Shown: in pieces, positions 48,020-58,362 of the stretch
Layout of the letters: every line of letters begins with the position of its first letter
Position numbering within the stretch: position 1 is the stretch's first letter
Source: Minisyncoccota bacterium
GTDB taxonomy: Bacteria > Patescibacteriota > Minisyncoccia > Minisyncoccales > GWA2-38-27
DNA length: 64,000 nucleotides
Direction: 5' to 3'
Assembly: GCA_028697015.1 (NCBI GenBank)
Contig: JAQVFW010000002.1
Span: 5,287 to 69,286 of the forward strand
Program-made: the position numbers and the translations under genes
The notes under the pieces: generated by a model
Seen by the model: only the letters and a program-made list of their open reading frames with translations
Databases searched by the model: none
Told to the model about the DNA's origin: nothing

Positions 48020-49006
48020 TTAAAAATAGTAAAGAAGGGCTTTTGCGATAAACAAATAAACAGTAATGCTCAAGATATCGCTAATAATTGTTGCAAGAGG
48101 ATTCGTTCCCATTGCCGGATCTTTTTTCATTTTTAAAAGCAAAAGAGGTATCATTATTGCAAAAAAAACGGAAAAAAGGACTCCTAAGAAAACAGAGAAC
48201 AAAAGAATAAAGGCAATTCTAATATCATTCAATCCTAAATAAGAAACAAAAGAAAGGACAAAACCAAGCATCATTCCAAGCATTGTTCCCACTTTAAGCT
48301 CCCTTATAAAATAATTAAATACAGAATTTTTGTTATTACTGAAAGCCATCCTCCTGATAAAAATAGTAGCGCTCTGGGTTGAAACTGCATCGGAAAGATA
48401 AACAATAATAGGAATAAAAAAGGTAAGGGCAATAAGAGAGCTTATTGTACTTTCAAAAGCGCCAATAATCCGAGCAGCAATTATTCCCCCTAAAAGCCCG
48501 ACAAAAAGCCAAGGAGACCTAAAAAGAACAAGCTTTCTTGCTGTAGCGCTTTCAATTTCCTTTACCGACTTGTCAACTAAAAAACCTCCTGCAAGAAAAA
48601 TATCTTCAGAACTTTCTTCTTGTAAAATATTTAATATAGTGTCTGACGTTACTACTCCCAAAAAAACATCGTTTTTATCAACAACCGGAATAGCTTTTAG
48701 ATTGTGTTTAATTGCCAAAGAAACCACTCTTTCCCTGTCTGTTCCCCTCCTTCCCTTTACAACCTCTTTTTCCATTATATCTTTTGCAAAGCAATCTATC
48801 TCTCTGTTTAAAACATCTTTTATAGAAATAACTCCCTTCAATCTGTTTTGCCTGTCTATAATATAGACATAATTAATTGTCTCAAATTTTTTAATGTTCT
48901 TTAAAAAATTCTTTCGAATGTCGGATAAATTTTCGTCTTCAAAAAATAAAGGAACATTCACATTTACCATTCTTTCTACGCTTTTTCTTTTTTGTTTCAA
49001 GCTCAT
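48020..49006 (-). CDS. mgtE: Magnesium transporter MgtE (short form: CBS pair + membrane domain)
   Basis: CBS domains followed by PWLFVGLLGGIIAARIIGAFESTI...FIPIIVYLSDAVSTQSATIFIRRMA. Confidence 0.75.
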   Translation of the reverse strand: MSLKQKRKSVERMVNVNVPLFFEDENLSDIRKNFLKNIKKFETINYVYIIDRQNRLKGVISIKDVLNREIDCFAKDIMEKEVVKGRRGTDRERVVSLAIKHNLKAIPVVDKNDVFLGVVTSDTILNILQEESSEDIFLAGGFLVDKSVKEIESATARKLVLFRSPWLFVGLLGGIIAARIIGAFESTISSLIALTFFIPIIVYLSDAVSTQSATIFIRRMAFSNNKNSVFNYFIRELKVGTMLGMMLGFVLSFVSYLGLNDIRIAFILLFSVFLGVLFSVFFAIMIPLLLLKMKKDPAMGTNPLATIISDILSITVYLFIAKALLYYF

Positions 49007-49365
49007 TATGTTTTTTTATAAAAAACTCTGTGCCATTTTTTATCCGTATGAAGATCGTGGATTATAACCCCGTTAATAGCCCCTATAAACATCTGGGGAA
49101 TAAGATAATATATTCCGAAAATCCATAAGAAAAAAAGGGCAGAAAGCCCTACGAGCCAATGATGAAAATGAACCTGCCAAGAGCCAAAATTAAAATAAAT
49201 TGAGCTTATTTTTCCGGAATATATGTATTTTTTGCAAAATTTCTCCGTGCTTAAATAACCAAGAACAACGCCAAGTAAAAAAATAAAAGAGATATAATAA
49301 GAAGCGATAATAACCGTGCTTGGCAAAATCATTTTCTTGGCATTTCTGATTTTCTTTATTTTCTT
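49006..49365 (-). CDS. Hypothetical membrane protein (ORF as listed extends to 49620 but overlaps the DUF192 gene; a later start is likely)
   Basis: Several TM helices. No homology recognised. Confidence 0.3.
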   Translation of the reverse strand, partial: KKIKKIRNAKKMILPSTVIIASYYISFIFLLGVVLGYLSTEKFCKKYIYSGKISSIYFNFGSWQVHFHHWLVGLSALFFLWIFGIYYLIPQMFIGAINGVIIHDLHTDKKWHRVFYKKT

Positions 49366-49399
49366 CATTCTAGGATTATATCTTTTTTTTAAGAAAAAT

Positions 49400-49801
49400 T
49401 CAATATAAAACCGTATCCCCCTCGTTAACTTTGCTGTTAGCAGTAGTTTCAAAAACAGCATCTGCCTTTTTTGTCGCCTCCACGACGTTTCCGGGCAAAA
49501 CATCTCTGAAAACTTCAACAACCTCTTTTTTATTGATAAAAACAATATCAATAGGAAAAAGCATTTCCATTGTTTGATAGGTAAAATTCCCCTCTTCTTT
49601 ATAAAGGAAAAGCATCCCATGCCCCTCTTTTAAGTTTTCCCTTTTTGACAATCCTTTTCTTTTTTCTTTTTCTGTTCTACTTATTTCAACAACAAATTCT
49701 TCTTCCCCTATTTCTATGACTCTGATATCTTCATTTTTAAAAGGAAAAATAAAAAGAAACAAAAAACCGAAAAAAAAGATAATTCTTTTAAAAAAATCCA
49801 T
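49400..49801 (-). CDS. DUF192-family (COG1430) secreted protein
   Basis: Signal peptide plus GMLFLY...FTYQTMEMLFPIDIVFINKK pattern typical of DUF192. Confidence 0.55.
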   Translation of the reverse strand: MDFFKRIIFFFGFLFLFIFPFKNEDIRVIEIGEEEFVVEISRTEKEKRKGLSKRENLKEGHGMLFLYKEEGNFTYQTMEMLFPIDIVFINKKEVVEVFRDVLPGNVVEATKKADAVFETTANSKVNEGDTVLY

Positions 49802-49816
49802 TTAAAAATTCAACGA

Positions 49817-50599
49817 TTAAGGTTGAAGAATATCCTCCGTTTCTTTGTCAATTGATATTATAACTTCATCTATGGTTTCAAACTGCTTCAAAGTTTCTTC
49901 TATTTGAAGACGGATAAATAAAACCGTGGCTGATCCGGCAACTTCATTAAGACGGCTATTAAAATCCACTTCTGCAACTCCGTCTCTAATAACTATTCCC
50001 TGGACAATAACACCGGGATTAATCAATGTAAAATATCCCTCATTTACTTCTTCTTCTGTTGGACCTTCAAGCAAGGCAAGAAGAGATGCCATTGCAACTC
50101 CCTCTGTTTTCGGCAGTTCTCTTTCTACTGGAAAAGGTATCTCCTCTTCTCCTGTTTTTCCAAAAAAGACAAGAACTTTCATCATTTCTGTTTCAAGGGC
50201 CTCTTCATTTGAAATCATCATGTTATCAATTTCAGAAAAAACTCCGTCAGTTATGGCTTTAATTACGATTCCATCTTCAACCGTAATTACTATATCGTGG
50301 GGAGTTATAACTTGAGCTGTAAATTGCTCTGTTCTATCTCCGTAGCCAGATGAAGTTGAAAAAAACGAATAGGTAAATTCAAGACAGGTCGGACAATCAA
50401 GAATTCTCGCATCTTTTAATTGAAGATCAAAACCGTCAAAAAGATACGTCAAAGCGTTATTCTCAACCCATTCTTTGGCAATTTCCTGCGATGAAATAGG
50501 CGTAGCCGGCACAGAGGCAAAATAGGAAAATGCGAAGAAAACAAACGCCATTGCAGCTACAATTCCCAAAAGAGAAAAAATCAAAACTTTATTTCTCAT
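49817..50599 (-). CDS. Hypothetical secreted/lipoprotein-like protein (GerMN-like?)
   Basis: Signal anchor plus ~230 aa acidic extracytoplasmic domain. Confidence 0.35.
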   Translation of the reverse strand: MRNKVLIFSLLGIVAAMAFVFFAFSYFASVPATPISSQEIAKEWVENNALTYLFDGFDLQLKDARILDCPTCLEFTYSFFSTSSGYGDRTEQFTAQVITPHDIVITVEDGIVIKAITDGVFSEIDNMMISNEEALETEMMKVLVFFGKTGEEEIPFPVERELPKTEGVAMASLLALLEGPTEEEVNEGYFTLINPGVIVQGIVIRDGVAEVDFNSRLNEVAGSATVLFIRLQIEETLKQFETIDEVIISIDKETEDILQP

Positions 50600-50751
50600 A
50601 TTTTTTTCCGATACTTCTTTTTGAAAACCGCCTTAGAATAAATTGATCATTTCTCTTTTTGCGGTCTTCGAAAATAAAAGCAGCGGGATTATTTCTTTTT
50701 AATTTTTTACTTTTTAATTTTGATATAATGTCGCCAATCTTTTCCATAAAT

Positions 50752-51318
50752 TTAAATTACCACTTTATCTCTTTTCTCTTCCGGTTTAAAAGCGCCAAGA
50801 AGAATATCTTTTGTCTTGTAAGGATCGGGAATTTGCCGAAAAACAAAATTTCCAAACGCTCCTGCTGTCTGAATTTTTAAATCGCCATATTTAAAAATCA
50901 TCGGGAAAATTCCATGAATATCAACGGTAACATCCTGAATTCTGTTATGGGAAACGCTTGAATAAAATCTGCTAAACAAACTTCTCAATTCCGTATGTAT
51001 TGTCCTTTCGCTTGTAATAATCCAGCAATCAAGGTAATAATGAGCAAAAACGATAAAAATAAAATGCAAGATTACGATAAGAATAATAGATAAAACAAAG
51101 AAAGAGGCAAGATAAAGATTTATTGAAAAGGAATATAAAAAAGGAATTTTCCCTAAAAAATCTCTAAGTCCTTCTTCGTTTTGATAAAGAAGAAGAAATA
51201 ACATTCCGAAAACAGTTAATAAAAAAAGGAGAATAAAAGGAAAAAGTTCAGCAAAAAGAACAAACGAATGCCTTCTTTTTATCAAAAGTATTTTCTCATT
51301 TGGATTAACATTAATCAT
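50752..51318 (-). CDS. Membrane protein with bacterial PH-like (bPH_2/YdbT-like) domain
   Basis: ILLIKRRHSFVLFAELFPFILLFL two-TM hairpin followed by a PH-like soluble domain. Confidence 0.4.
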   Translation of the reverse strand: MINVNPNEKILLIKRRHSFVLFAELFPFILLFLLTVFGMLFLLLYQNEEGLRDFLGKIPFLYSFSINLYLASFFVLSIILIVILHFIFIVFAHYYLDCWIITSERTIHTELRSLFSRFYSSVSHNRIQDVTVDIHGIFPMIFKYGDLKIQTAGAFGNFVFRQIPDPYKTKDILLGAFKPEEKRDKVVI

Positions 51319-51620
51319 TTTATAGTAAATATTAAAAAAATAAAGCTCAGAATCAGAAGAAATATTTCTGTAAAAAAATAACCCTTTAGGGCTTTTTTTG
51401 CGATTGGGTCAAAGGGCATTTTAAACTTTTTAAAATGATAAGATAAAATAGCAAGAACGACAGCACTAAAGAGCGCTATAAAGATAAAAATTGCTATAAA
51501 TATCTTGCCAATCATTGTTTTATTTTAACACGGCATATTTTTTTGGCAAGATAATTTTACAAACAAAAGAAGCAAGAATAATCTTGCTTCTCTTTAACAA
51601 TACAAAATAATTATTTTCTT

Positions 51621-53288
51621 TTATACTTGTCTTTTTCTTCTAAAGAAGTAGAAAAGTAAGAACATGATAATCAGGAAAATAAGCCAGAAATACCATTTTT
51701 TAAAGAGTCCGCTCATTGCAGGCCCGATAGCGGCAAGAGAAAATCCATTGTTCTTTCTTATTAATTTAACTTCCGAAAAATCTTTAAAATCTCCCCCTTG
51801 CACTTTTGCTTCAACAATAAATTCTTCTTCCTCGCTATTTGTAATTTCACCGTAAAAAAGAAATGTTTCCGATTTTTGGCCTCCTAATATGATTTTAATT
51901 TCTTCCTTGTAATTTGAAAAATTCACTCCTTTCTGCGGAGATATGACAATAGAAACATCATCAATTTGTTGGTCGCTAATATTTTTGACAACAGCTAAAA
52001 AATCTATTTTATTTTCATTTTCAACTTCAAGTTCTTGTTTAAAATCTCCTTCTTTGTCTTTTCTTGCAAGAATGGATATTGATAATGGATTTTCATCTAT
52101 AATTTGGCAGCTATCTTCATTCTTATCCTCATCATAAATACAGTTATATTTACAAGTTCCGTTATCACAGTACCAGGCCGGCTTTTCATCAGAGTTGCAA
52201 GTCCCATATCCATAGGAAGTATCTCCCGTGCAAGAAACAGGAGTAGACCATTTTAAAACTCCGTTTTGGCTTGTGCATTTTGTAACATATCCGGCTCCAT
52301 AACACCTTGATTCCCCTATAAACGAACATTCGTTTACAACTACGGGCGCTTTTTTCTTTGATAAAACAACTACATCCATGCAATAAGGAGACGTTTCAAC
52401 AGAACCGCTTTGGCTTTTTCCTTTAACAAATGCGCAATATTTATATGTTCCGGGAACGCTTTCCTCTATTTGCCATACCTCTTTTGCATTTGTTCCGGAA
52501 ACATTTTTAACATTCCAAAAACCCTTAAAATGCGCTCCAACTGAAACAAGACCTCCATTGTCTTCACCTTCAACGGTTATCGTTATTATATCATTTACAA
52601 AAACAGAAAGAGGGCTGACATTAAGAGTTCCTTTTGCGCTTGCACTTGTACTTCCGTTATCTATTACATTAACAAAACAAGTTGCTGTTTTTGACTGATT
52701 TTCTGATTGAACACTAAGAGTAACAGAATAGTTTCCCGTAGAAGAAAAACTTTTAGAACAACTATTTGACGTTCCTGAACAATTTCCCGACCAAGAATAA
52801 GAATAAGATCCTGATGCTCCCGAAACGGAAGAAATAAAGTTTACCGTCTCGTTAACTTTGGCCGTAGAAGGAGAAGAATAACAAGAAACAGTCAAATCGT
52901 TTGAAGAAGCAGAAGAAACCTCCACTTCTATGCATTGTGGATTAGTATTGAAAGTTCCCGGCATCGGCCTTGATACACAACTTGCTGATGGAACCGTGCA
53001 TCCGGCAACGCTTCCGCAATACTTGTATGTTCCCGGAGTATTTTTTTGAAAAATCCAAGATTTGCTTGCTTCAGACGGCTTTCCCTTAACATCTACTGTT
53101 TGTTTATCGTTTCTCCCATAAACTCCAAGCCAGGTTATCCCCATGTCGTTATAACCTTTTACAGTAATTGTAAAATTTTCTCCTACCTTTACCACATTTG
53201 CGCTTGAAGAAATAGTTCCTGAAATACCAAAAACAAAAGCAGGAAAAAAGAAAAACAAAAATATTGATATTGTTAGAATATGTTTCAT
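51621..53288 (-). CDS. Cell-surface protein: signal peptide, two internally repeated Cys-containing Ig/PKD-like modules, C-terminal TM anchor
   Basis: Repeat NTPGTYKYCGSVAGCT / SVPGTYKYCAFVKG. C-terminal WYFWLIFLIIMFLLFYFFRRKRQV anchor. Confidence 0.5.
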   Translation of the reverse strand: MKHILTISIFLFFFFPAFVFGISGTISSSANVVKVGENFTITVKGYNDMGITWLGVYGRNDKQTVDVKGKPSEASKSWIFQKNTPGTYKYCGSVAGCTVPSASCVSRPMPGTFNTNPQCIEVEVSSASSNDLTVSCYSSPSTAKVNETVNFISSVSGASGSYSYSWSGNCSGTSNSCSKSFSSTGNYSVTLSVQSENQSKTATCFVNVIDNGSTSASAKGTLNVSPLSVFVNDIITITVEGEDNGGLVSVGAHFKGFWNVKNVSGTNAKEVWQIEESVPGTYKYCAFVKGKSQSGSVETSPYCMDVVVLSKKKAPVVVNECSFIGESRCYGAGYVTKCTSQNGVLKWSTPVSCTGDTSYGYGTCNSDEKPAWYCDNGTCKYNCIYDEDKNEDSCQIIDENPLSISILARKDKEGDFKQELEVENENKIDFLAVVKNISDQQIDDVSIVISPQKGVNFSNYKEEIKIILGGQKSETFLFYGEITNSEEEEFIVEAKVQGGDFKDFSEVKLIRKNNGFSLAAIGPAMSGLFKKWYFWLIFLIIMFLLFYFFRRKRQV

Positions 53289-53338
53289 GCTGCATATTCT
53301 AACACTTTAAAATAAATATGTCAAGTAAAAGAGCCCTT

Positions 53339-53806
53339 CTAGTTTCCAAGTTTCCTAATTTCCTTTGCCAAGCTTTCTAGCTCTGACATTTCCTTTTTTT
53401 CTCCGAGCTGAGTTGAAATGTATCCTTGATATTTTTCAAAATATATCTTTTCTTTCGCCCACATCTCTTTAAAATCATCGGTTATGCCATGAAGAGGATA
53501 AAGCTTAAAATGAGCATGATTTACTCCCATCCCTTCTGCAACTAAGGCCACTCTTTTTATTTTAAAATACCTTTCAAGAATCTTGGCAACCGTTTTTGCA
53601 GATGCTATAAATTCGTTTAAAGTTTCTTTTTCCATATTGAAAATATAGGAATCATAATGCTTTTTGGGCAAAACAAGGGTCATTCCTTTTGTATTCGGAT
53701 TTACATCAAGAATAGCCAGAAAATCTTTGTTTTCCCAAATTTTTACAGAATCAAACTCTCCTTTTACAATTTTACAAAATATGCAACTTGTATCTTTATT
53801 GTTCAT
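53339..53806 (-). CDS. HIT-family (histidine triad) hydrolase
   Basis: CIFCKIVKGEF N-terminus and GVNHAHFKLYP histidine triad. Confidence 0.7.
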   Translation of the reverse strand: MNNKDTSCIFCKIVKGEFDSVKIWENKDFLAILDVNPNTKGMTLVLPKKHYDSYIFNMEKETLNEFIASAKTVAKILERYFKIKRVALVAEGMGVNHAHFKLYPLHGITDDFKEMWAKEKIYFEKYQGYISTQLGEKKEMSELESLAKEIRKLGN

Positions 53807-54377
53807 AATATTTTTTCAAAATTTTAAAATCTTCTTTTAAAATATCAAGCTTATGAACATTGTAAACGGCAACCGCCGGATGATAAAGAGGAATAAAATC
53901 CATTTCACCAAGATTAAAAACCTTTCCTCTGCAAACGCTAATCGACTCTTTTTCTATTTTGTATTTCTCAAAAAAATAATTCATGGAATGCCGCCCAAGA
54001 GAAACAATTACTTTTGGCTTTATAATCTCTATTTGCCTGTCCAAAAAAGGAGCATAAGCTTTAATCTCAATAGGAAGAGGGTCTCTATTGTTTGGAGGCC
54101 TGTCCTTTACAATATTTGTGATATAAACATCCTCTCTTTTTATTCCCGAAGAAATAAGAAGATTATTAAGAACTCTTCCCGCCTGCCCGCAAAAAGGCCT
54201 GCCGGTCTTGGCTTCATTTCTTCCTGGGGCTTCTCCGACAAACATAATTTTGGCAAAATGATTTCCTTCCCCTATTACGGGAAAAAAATTATTATCTTTT
54301 CTTTCCTTATAAAGAGGTGAATCTTTAAAATCAATTATTTCTTCCTTTATCTTTAAAAGTTCTTTTTTTATTTCCAT
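53796..54377 (-). CDS. Uracil-DNA glycosylase, family 4
   Basis: FVGEAPGRNEAKTGRPFCGQAGRVLNNLL family-4 UDG motif. Confidence 0.8.
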   Translation of the reverse strand: MEIKKELLKIKEEIIDFKDSPLYKERKDNNFFPVIGEGNHFAKIMFVGEAPGRNEAKTGRPFCGQAGRVLNNLLISSGIKREDVYITNIVKDRPPNNRDPLPIEIKAYAPFLDRQIEIIKPKVIVSLGRHSMNYFFEKYKIEKESISVCRGKVFNLGEMDFIPLYHPAVAVYNVHKLDILKEDFKILKKYYEQ

Positions 54378-54385
54378 TTTATTAC

Positions 54386-56104
54386 TTACATTTCCTCAAG
54401 GAGAGGAATGCCTAAAATTCCAAACCCTTTTTCCAAAACCAAAGAAACTGCAAAAATTAAGGCAATTCTTGCTTCTTCTGTTTCTTTATCGCTATTTAGA
54501 ACAGAGTGCTTGGCATAAAATCTGTTTAAATCTTTAGAAAGCTCATATAAGTAATTGGCTATTTTAGACGGGTTAAAAGTTTCCATAGCTATTTTTATTT
54601 CCCTATCAAAACATATAATTTTTCTTACAAGAACAATCTCTTCCTCTTCTTTAAGAACAGAAAAATTAACATTTTTTTTTATTTTTTTTCTGCCCGATTT
54701 CCTTATGATACTTTTTGCTCTTGCATAAGAGTACTGGCAGTAAGGCCCTGTCGCCCCTTCAAAAGAAACTGATTTTTCAGGGTCAAAATATATGTCTTGG
54801 CAAGGATGAATAAAAAGAAGCTGGAATTTAATTGCTCCAAGAGCAATTTTAAGAGCTCTTTCTTCTAAATCTTTAATTTTGCCATAACGCAGAATAATTT
54901 CTTTTTTGGCATTTTCTTTAACTTCATAGAGCAGATTATCGGCATCAACAACTTTTCCTTCTCTTGATTTCATCTTCCCTTCAGGAAGAAAAACCATAGC
55001 GTAGGGAAGATGATAGAGTTTTTCTACCCATTTATATTTTAAAACTTTTAATATTTCAAAAAGACATTGAAAATGATAAACCTGTTCCATACTTGTAATA
55101 TATATTGACTTGTCAAAATTATGGTCTTCCATTTTTTTAACGGCAACACCGATATCTTGAGTAATATAAAGGTTTGTTTTGTCTTTTCGAAGAAGAGTGA
55201 TTTTTCTTCTCTTGCCGTTTTTATCAAGCCCGAATTTTTCTTCCGGAAGGTCAAAAAGTATATCTCCTTCTTCTCCGTAATAAAAAACTCCTTTTTCTGC
55301 TGCTTTTTTAACAATTTCTTTTCCAATATTGTAAAGCTTGCTTTCATAGTAAACAAAGTCAAATTCAAATCCAAAATCATTGTAAGTTTTTTTAAATCCG
55401 TCATAAACCCAAGAATTCATTTTTTTCCAAAGAGAAATTGTTTCCTTGTCTCCCTGTTCCCATAAAACAAGCATTTTATGAACTTCTTCTTTAAGAAGAG
55501 GATTTTTCTTTTCTTCATTGCTGTATTTAACATAAAAATTGCCGACAAAATGATCTCCTTTTATTCCTTCTTCGTTTGGCGTTTTCCCTTCTCCCCATTT
55601 CTTATAAGCCAGCATGCTTTTGCAAATATGCTCTCCCCTATCATTAACAAGATTAACTCTTACCACTTTTTTACCCGTTGCTTTAAAAATATTAGAAACA
55701 GCTGTTCCAAAAAAACCGTTTCTAAGGTGGCCCAAATGAAGCGGTTTGTTTGTATTGGGAGCTATATATTCAATCAAAACTTTTTCCTTTTTTTCCGACT
55801 TTCTTATTGTCCCCGCCTCATTAATAGCTGATTTTATAAAAAAATCTTTCTTTATTTCAATATTTAAATAAGGAAAAAGTACTGTGGCTTTTTCAATAAA
55901 ATCAAGAGATTGAAGCTCTTTAATTAGGACATCCCCTATATCTTGAGGAGATTTTCCAGTTTCTTTTACAAAAGGAAAAAGACAAACGGCAAAATCGCCA
56001 AACTTTGGATTTGAAGGATGCTCCAAGACAACATTCAAATCGGGTTTTTTCAATGCCTTTTTTACTTCAGAAACGATAGAATTTTCAATTTCTTTGATTT
56101 TCAT
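54386..56104 (-). CDS. argS: Arginine--tRNA ligase
   Basis: Class I HIGH (PLHLGHLRNG), 572 aa, C-terminal DALR anticodon-binding region. Confidence 0.85.
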   Translation of the reverse strand: MKIKEIENSIVSEVKKALKKPDLNVVLEHPSNPKFGDFAVCLFPFVKETGKSPQDIGDVLIKELQSLDFIEKATVLFPYLNIEIKKDFFIKSAINEAGTIRKSEKKEKVLIEYIAPNTNKPLHLGHLRNGFFGTAVSNIFKATGKKVVRVNLVNDRGEHICKSMLAYKKWGEGKTPNEEGIKGDHFVGNFYVKYSNEEKKNPLLKEEVHKMLVLWEQGDKETISLWKKMNSWVYDGFKKTYNDFGFEFDFVYYESKLYNIGKEIVKKAAEKGVFYYGEEGDILFDLPEEKFGLDKNGKRRKITLLRKDKTNLYITQDIGVAVKKMEDHNFDKSIYITSMEQVYHFQCLFEILKVLKYKWVEKLYHLPYAMVFLPEGKMKSREGKVVDADNLLYEVKENAKKEIILRYGKIKDLEERALKIALGAIKFQLLFIHPCQDIYFDPEKSVSFEGATGPYCQYSYARAKSIIRKSGRKKIKKNVNFSVLKEEEEIVLVRKIICFDREIKIAMETFNPSKIANYLYELSKDLNRFYAKHSVLNSDKETEEARIALIFAVSLVLEKGFGILGIPLLEEM

Positions 56105-56158
56105 GCCTCAATTTTAGCATATTCTTGGTCCCCTTACAATAAAAAAGTTTTTCACAAT

Positions 56159-56187
56159 TTGATTTATATTCCCCCGAAGTGTATAAT
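56159..56187 (+). promoter_or_regulatory. Near-consensus sigma70 promoter (-35 TTGATT, 17-nt spacer, -10 TATAAT) for the downstream membrane-protein gene
   Basis: TTGATT at 56159..56164 and TATAAT at 56182..56187. It overlaps the GTG start of the listed ORF, so the real start is likely ATG 56218. Confidence 0.5.
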
Positions 56188-56217
56188 AGAAAAAACTATT
56201 CTAAAGCAAATTCAACC

Positions 56218-57813
56218 ATGCAAATTTTTGAATACTACTTTAATCCGAAAAATGAAGAAGGAAAGAATTTTAAAGCATTTCTTTATGAACCGAAAAATCC
56301 GTCCGAAAAAAAAATGGGGTCATTGTATGTTTTAGGAGAAACAAGAACTGATAATAGCAACCTTTTAGAACGGCTTTTTAGGGCAATAAAAGAAAAATTC
56401 TATCATAATACTACTCTCGGATCTTTGGAAAAAGTTCTTCCTGAAACTCTAAAAAAAGCAAATGAATTTTTGGCCGAAGAGGTTAAAAAGGAAAATGTCA
56501 GGTGGATGGGAAATTTTTCATTCGGAATTTTTTCAATAAAAGGGCTTGATCTTAATTTTACCAAAACCGGGAATTTTAAAATTTTGCTTCTCCGATTTGG
56601 AAAATTCACCGATATAGGCAAGGAGCTGGAAAAAGAAGAGATGGATCCTTATCCTTTGAAAGTTTTTTTTAACATTGTTTCGGGAAAATTAGCCCCACTT
56701 GATATTCTTATGGTCGTTTCAAATGAAGTTTATTTTTTCCTTAAAGAAAAAGAAATTTTATCAAAAATTGCAAATCTTAAAGAGTATGATGAGAAAAATC
56801 TGAAAAATGTTTTTCAAAAGGAGCTTTTTACCGAGAAAGAAGGATCAAAAATATCAGGAATGTGCCTTCTTTTTTCCCTTAATGAAGAAAACTCCCTGCC
56901 TAGAGAATTTTCTTTCCAAGAAAAAGTAAAAACGGCAATAGCGCCGAAAAAAACAGAAATCAGGAAAAACTTTTTAATAATCGGGTTTCTTCTTATTCTT
57001 CTTTTCTTCGGCTTTTTGATTTTTAAAAAAGAAAAAACAGACAAGAAAGAGGAATTTATTCCCATTTTAGAAACATTAGAAGAGGAATCAATTCTTTTCC
57101 ATTTGGAAAAAACTGAATACAAAAATGATTTAACTCCCCTTTTTCAATTAAACAGCGAAGCTGAAAAAATAATTGTTTTAGGAGAAAGAATATTTGCTCT
57201 TTCCTTTCCAGATAGTATCTATGAAATTAAAACAGGCAATCAGGAAAAATTAAATATTCCGGGCGAATTCCTTTCCGCTTCAAAAGGAAAAGATACTGTC
57301 TTTTTTATATCAAAAGAAAAAGGATTTTTCTCTCTCAAAGAGGAAGAAGTAAAAATTGAGGAAGAATTCGACCTAATTAATTTTTACGGCTCAAATCTTT
57401 ATTTTATGAGCAAAAATAACTGCCAAATTTTTAAATACTCTTTTGCAAACAACGATATGACAAGCTGGTTCAAGCAGAAAAAAGAAAATCAAACCTGTCT
57501 TTCTTTTGCAATTGACGGTTCAATTTGGCTTTTAAGTAAAGAAAATACCTTGGACCTTTATTATGAAGGAGAATACCAAAAAAGCATAGAATTACCGGAA
57601 GGAATAACCGATATTAAAACAAGCTTTAATCATTCTTTTATTTACCTTTTATACCCGAAGGGGCAAAGGATAATCGTACTTGATAAAGAAGGTAATCTGA
57701 TAAAGCAAATTAAGAGCGAACAATTCAATAAACTAAAAGACATCCAAATCTTAGAAGATAAGGAAAGCATCTTTATTCTTAGCGAAAACAAGATTTACAA
57801 AATTGGAATTTAA
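56218..57813 (+). CDS. Hypothetical bitopic membrane protein: ~250-aa cytoplasmic domain, one TM, ~270-aa extracytoplasmic (beta-rich) domain
   Basis: TM FLIIGFLLILLFFGFLIF mid-protein. No recognisable domain. Start moved to ATG downstream of the -10 box. Confidence 0.45.
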   Translation: MQIFEYYFNPKNEEGKNFKAFLYEPKNPSEKKMGSLYVLGETRTDNSNLLERLFRAIKEKFYHNTTLGSLEKVLPETLKKANEFLAEEVKKENVRWMGNFSFGIFSIKGLDLNFTKTGNFKILLLRFGKFTDIGKELEKEEMDPYPLKVFFNIVSGKLAPLDILMVVSNEVYFFLKEKEILSKIANLKEYDEKNLKNVFQKELFTEKEGSKISGMCLLFSLNEENSLPREFSFQEKVKTAIAPKKTEIRKNFLIIGFLLILLFFGFLIFKKEKTDKKEEFIPILETLEEESILFHLEKTEYKNDLTPLFQLNSEAEKIIVLGERIFALSFPDSIYEIKTGNQEKLNIPGEFLSASKGKDTVFFISKEKGFFSLKEEEVKIEEEFDLINFYGSNLYFMSKNNCQIFKYSFANNDMTSWFKQKKENQTCLSFAIDGSIWLLSKENTLDLYYEGEYQKSIELPEGITDIKTSFNHSFIYLLYPKGQRIIVLDKEGNLIKQIKSEQFNKLKDIQILEDKESIFILSENKIYKIGI

Positions 57814-57830
57814 AAAATTTAATTAAAATA

Positions 57831-57860
57831 AAAAAAGCGCCCGTTTAAAGGGCGCTTTTT
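57831..57860. terminator. Bidirectional intrinsic terminator between the convergent membrane-protein gene and rplL
   Basis: A6-GCGCCC-gtttaaa-GGGCGC-T5. Confidence 0.55.
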
Positions 57861-57875
57861 CAAAAGAGAGTAAAA

Positions 57876-58334
57876 TTATTTTAATTCCACTTTTCCTCCG
57901 GCTTCTTCTACTTTTTTCTTAATATCCTGCGCTTCTTCTTTTGTAGCTCCTTCTTTTATCATCTGAGGAGCGCCTGAAGAGGCATCAACAAAATCCTTTG
58001 CTTCTTTTAATCCCTTTCCAAGCATGTCTCTTATGAGCTTTATAACTTCAAGCTTTTTTTCTCCAGGTGCTGAAAGCTCTACGTTAAAAGAACTCTTCTC
58101 TTCCGCTTCTGCGGAAGCTCCCGGAGCTCCTGCTGCCACGGAAGGCATCGCCATCATTTGAGGAGCTGCTGAAACTCCAAATTTTTTCTCAAGAACTTTT
58201 ACAAGCTCTGAAAGGTCAAGCACGGACATTTTTTCTATCTCTTCAACGATTCCTTTAAACTTTTTAGGAACTTCTACTGTCTCTTTTTCCGCTTTTTCTT
58301 CAGCGGCAGATGTGTTTTTGTTTTCTTCGGCCAT
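57876..58334 (-). CDS. rplL: 50S ribosomal protein L7/L12 (with extended linker)
   Basis: C-terminal [22 protein letters not shown]...[21 protein letters not shown]. Confidence 0.9.
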   Translation of the reverse strand: MAEENKNTSAAEEKAEKETVEVPKKFKGIVEEIEKMSVLDLSELVKVLEKKFGVSAAPQMMAMPSVAAGAPGASAEAEEKSSFNVELSAPGEKKLEVIKLIRDMLGKGLKEAKDFVDASSGAPQMIKEGATKEEAQDIKKKVEEAGGKVELK

Positions 58335-58362
58335 AATATTTTATATTATTTTTTAAAATTTA

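Noticed and set aside
49006-49620. 204-aa ORF as annotated
   Set aside because: Its first ~75 codons overlap the better-supported DUF192 gene (49400..49801) in another frame, so a downstream start (~49365) is more plausible. The gene is kept only as a low-confidence membrane protein.
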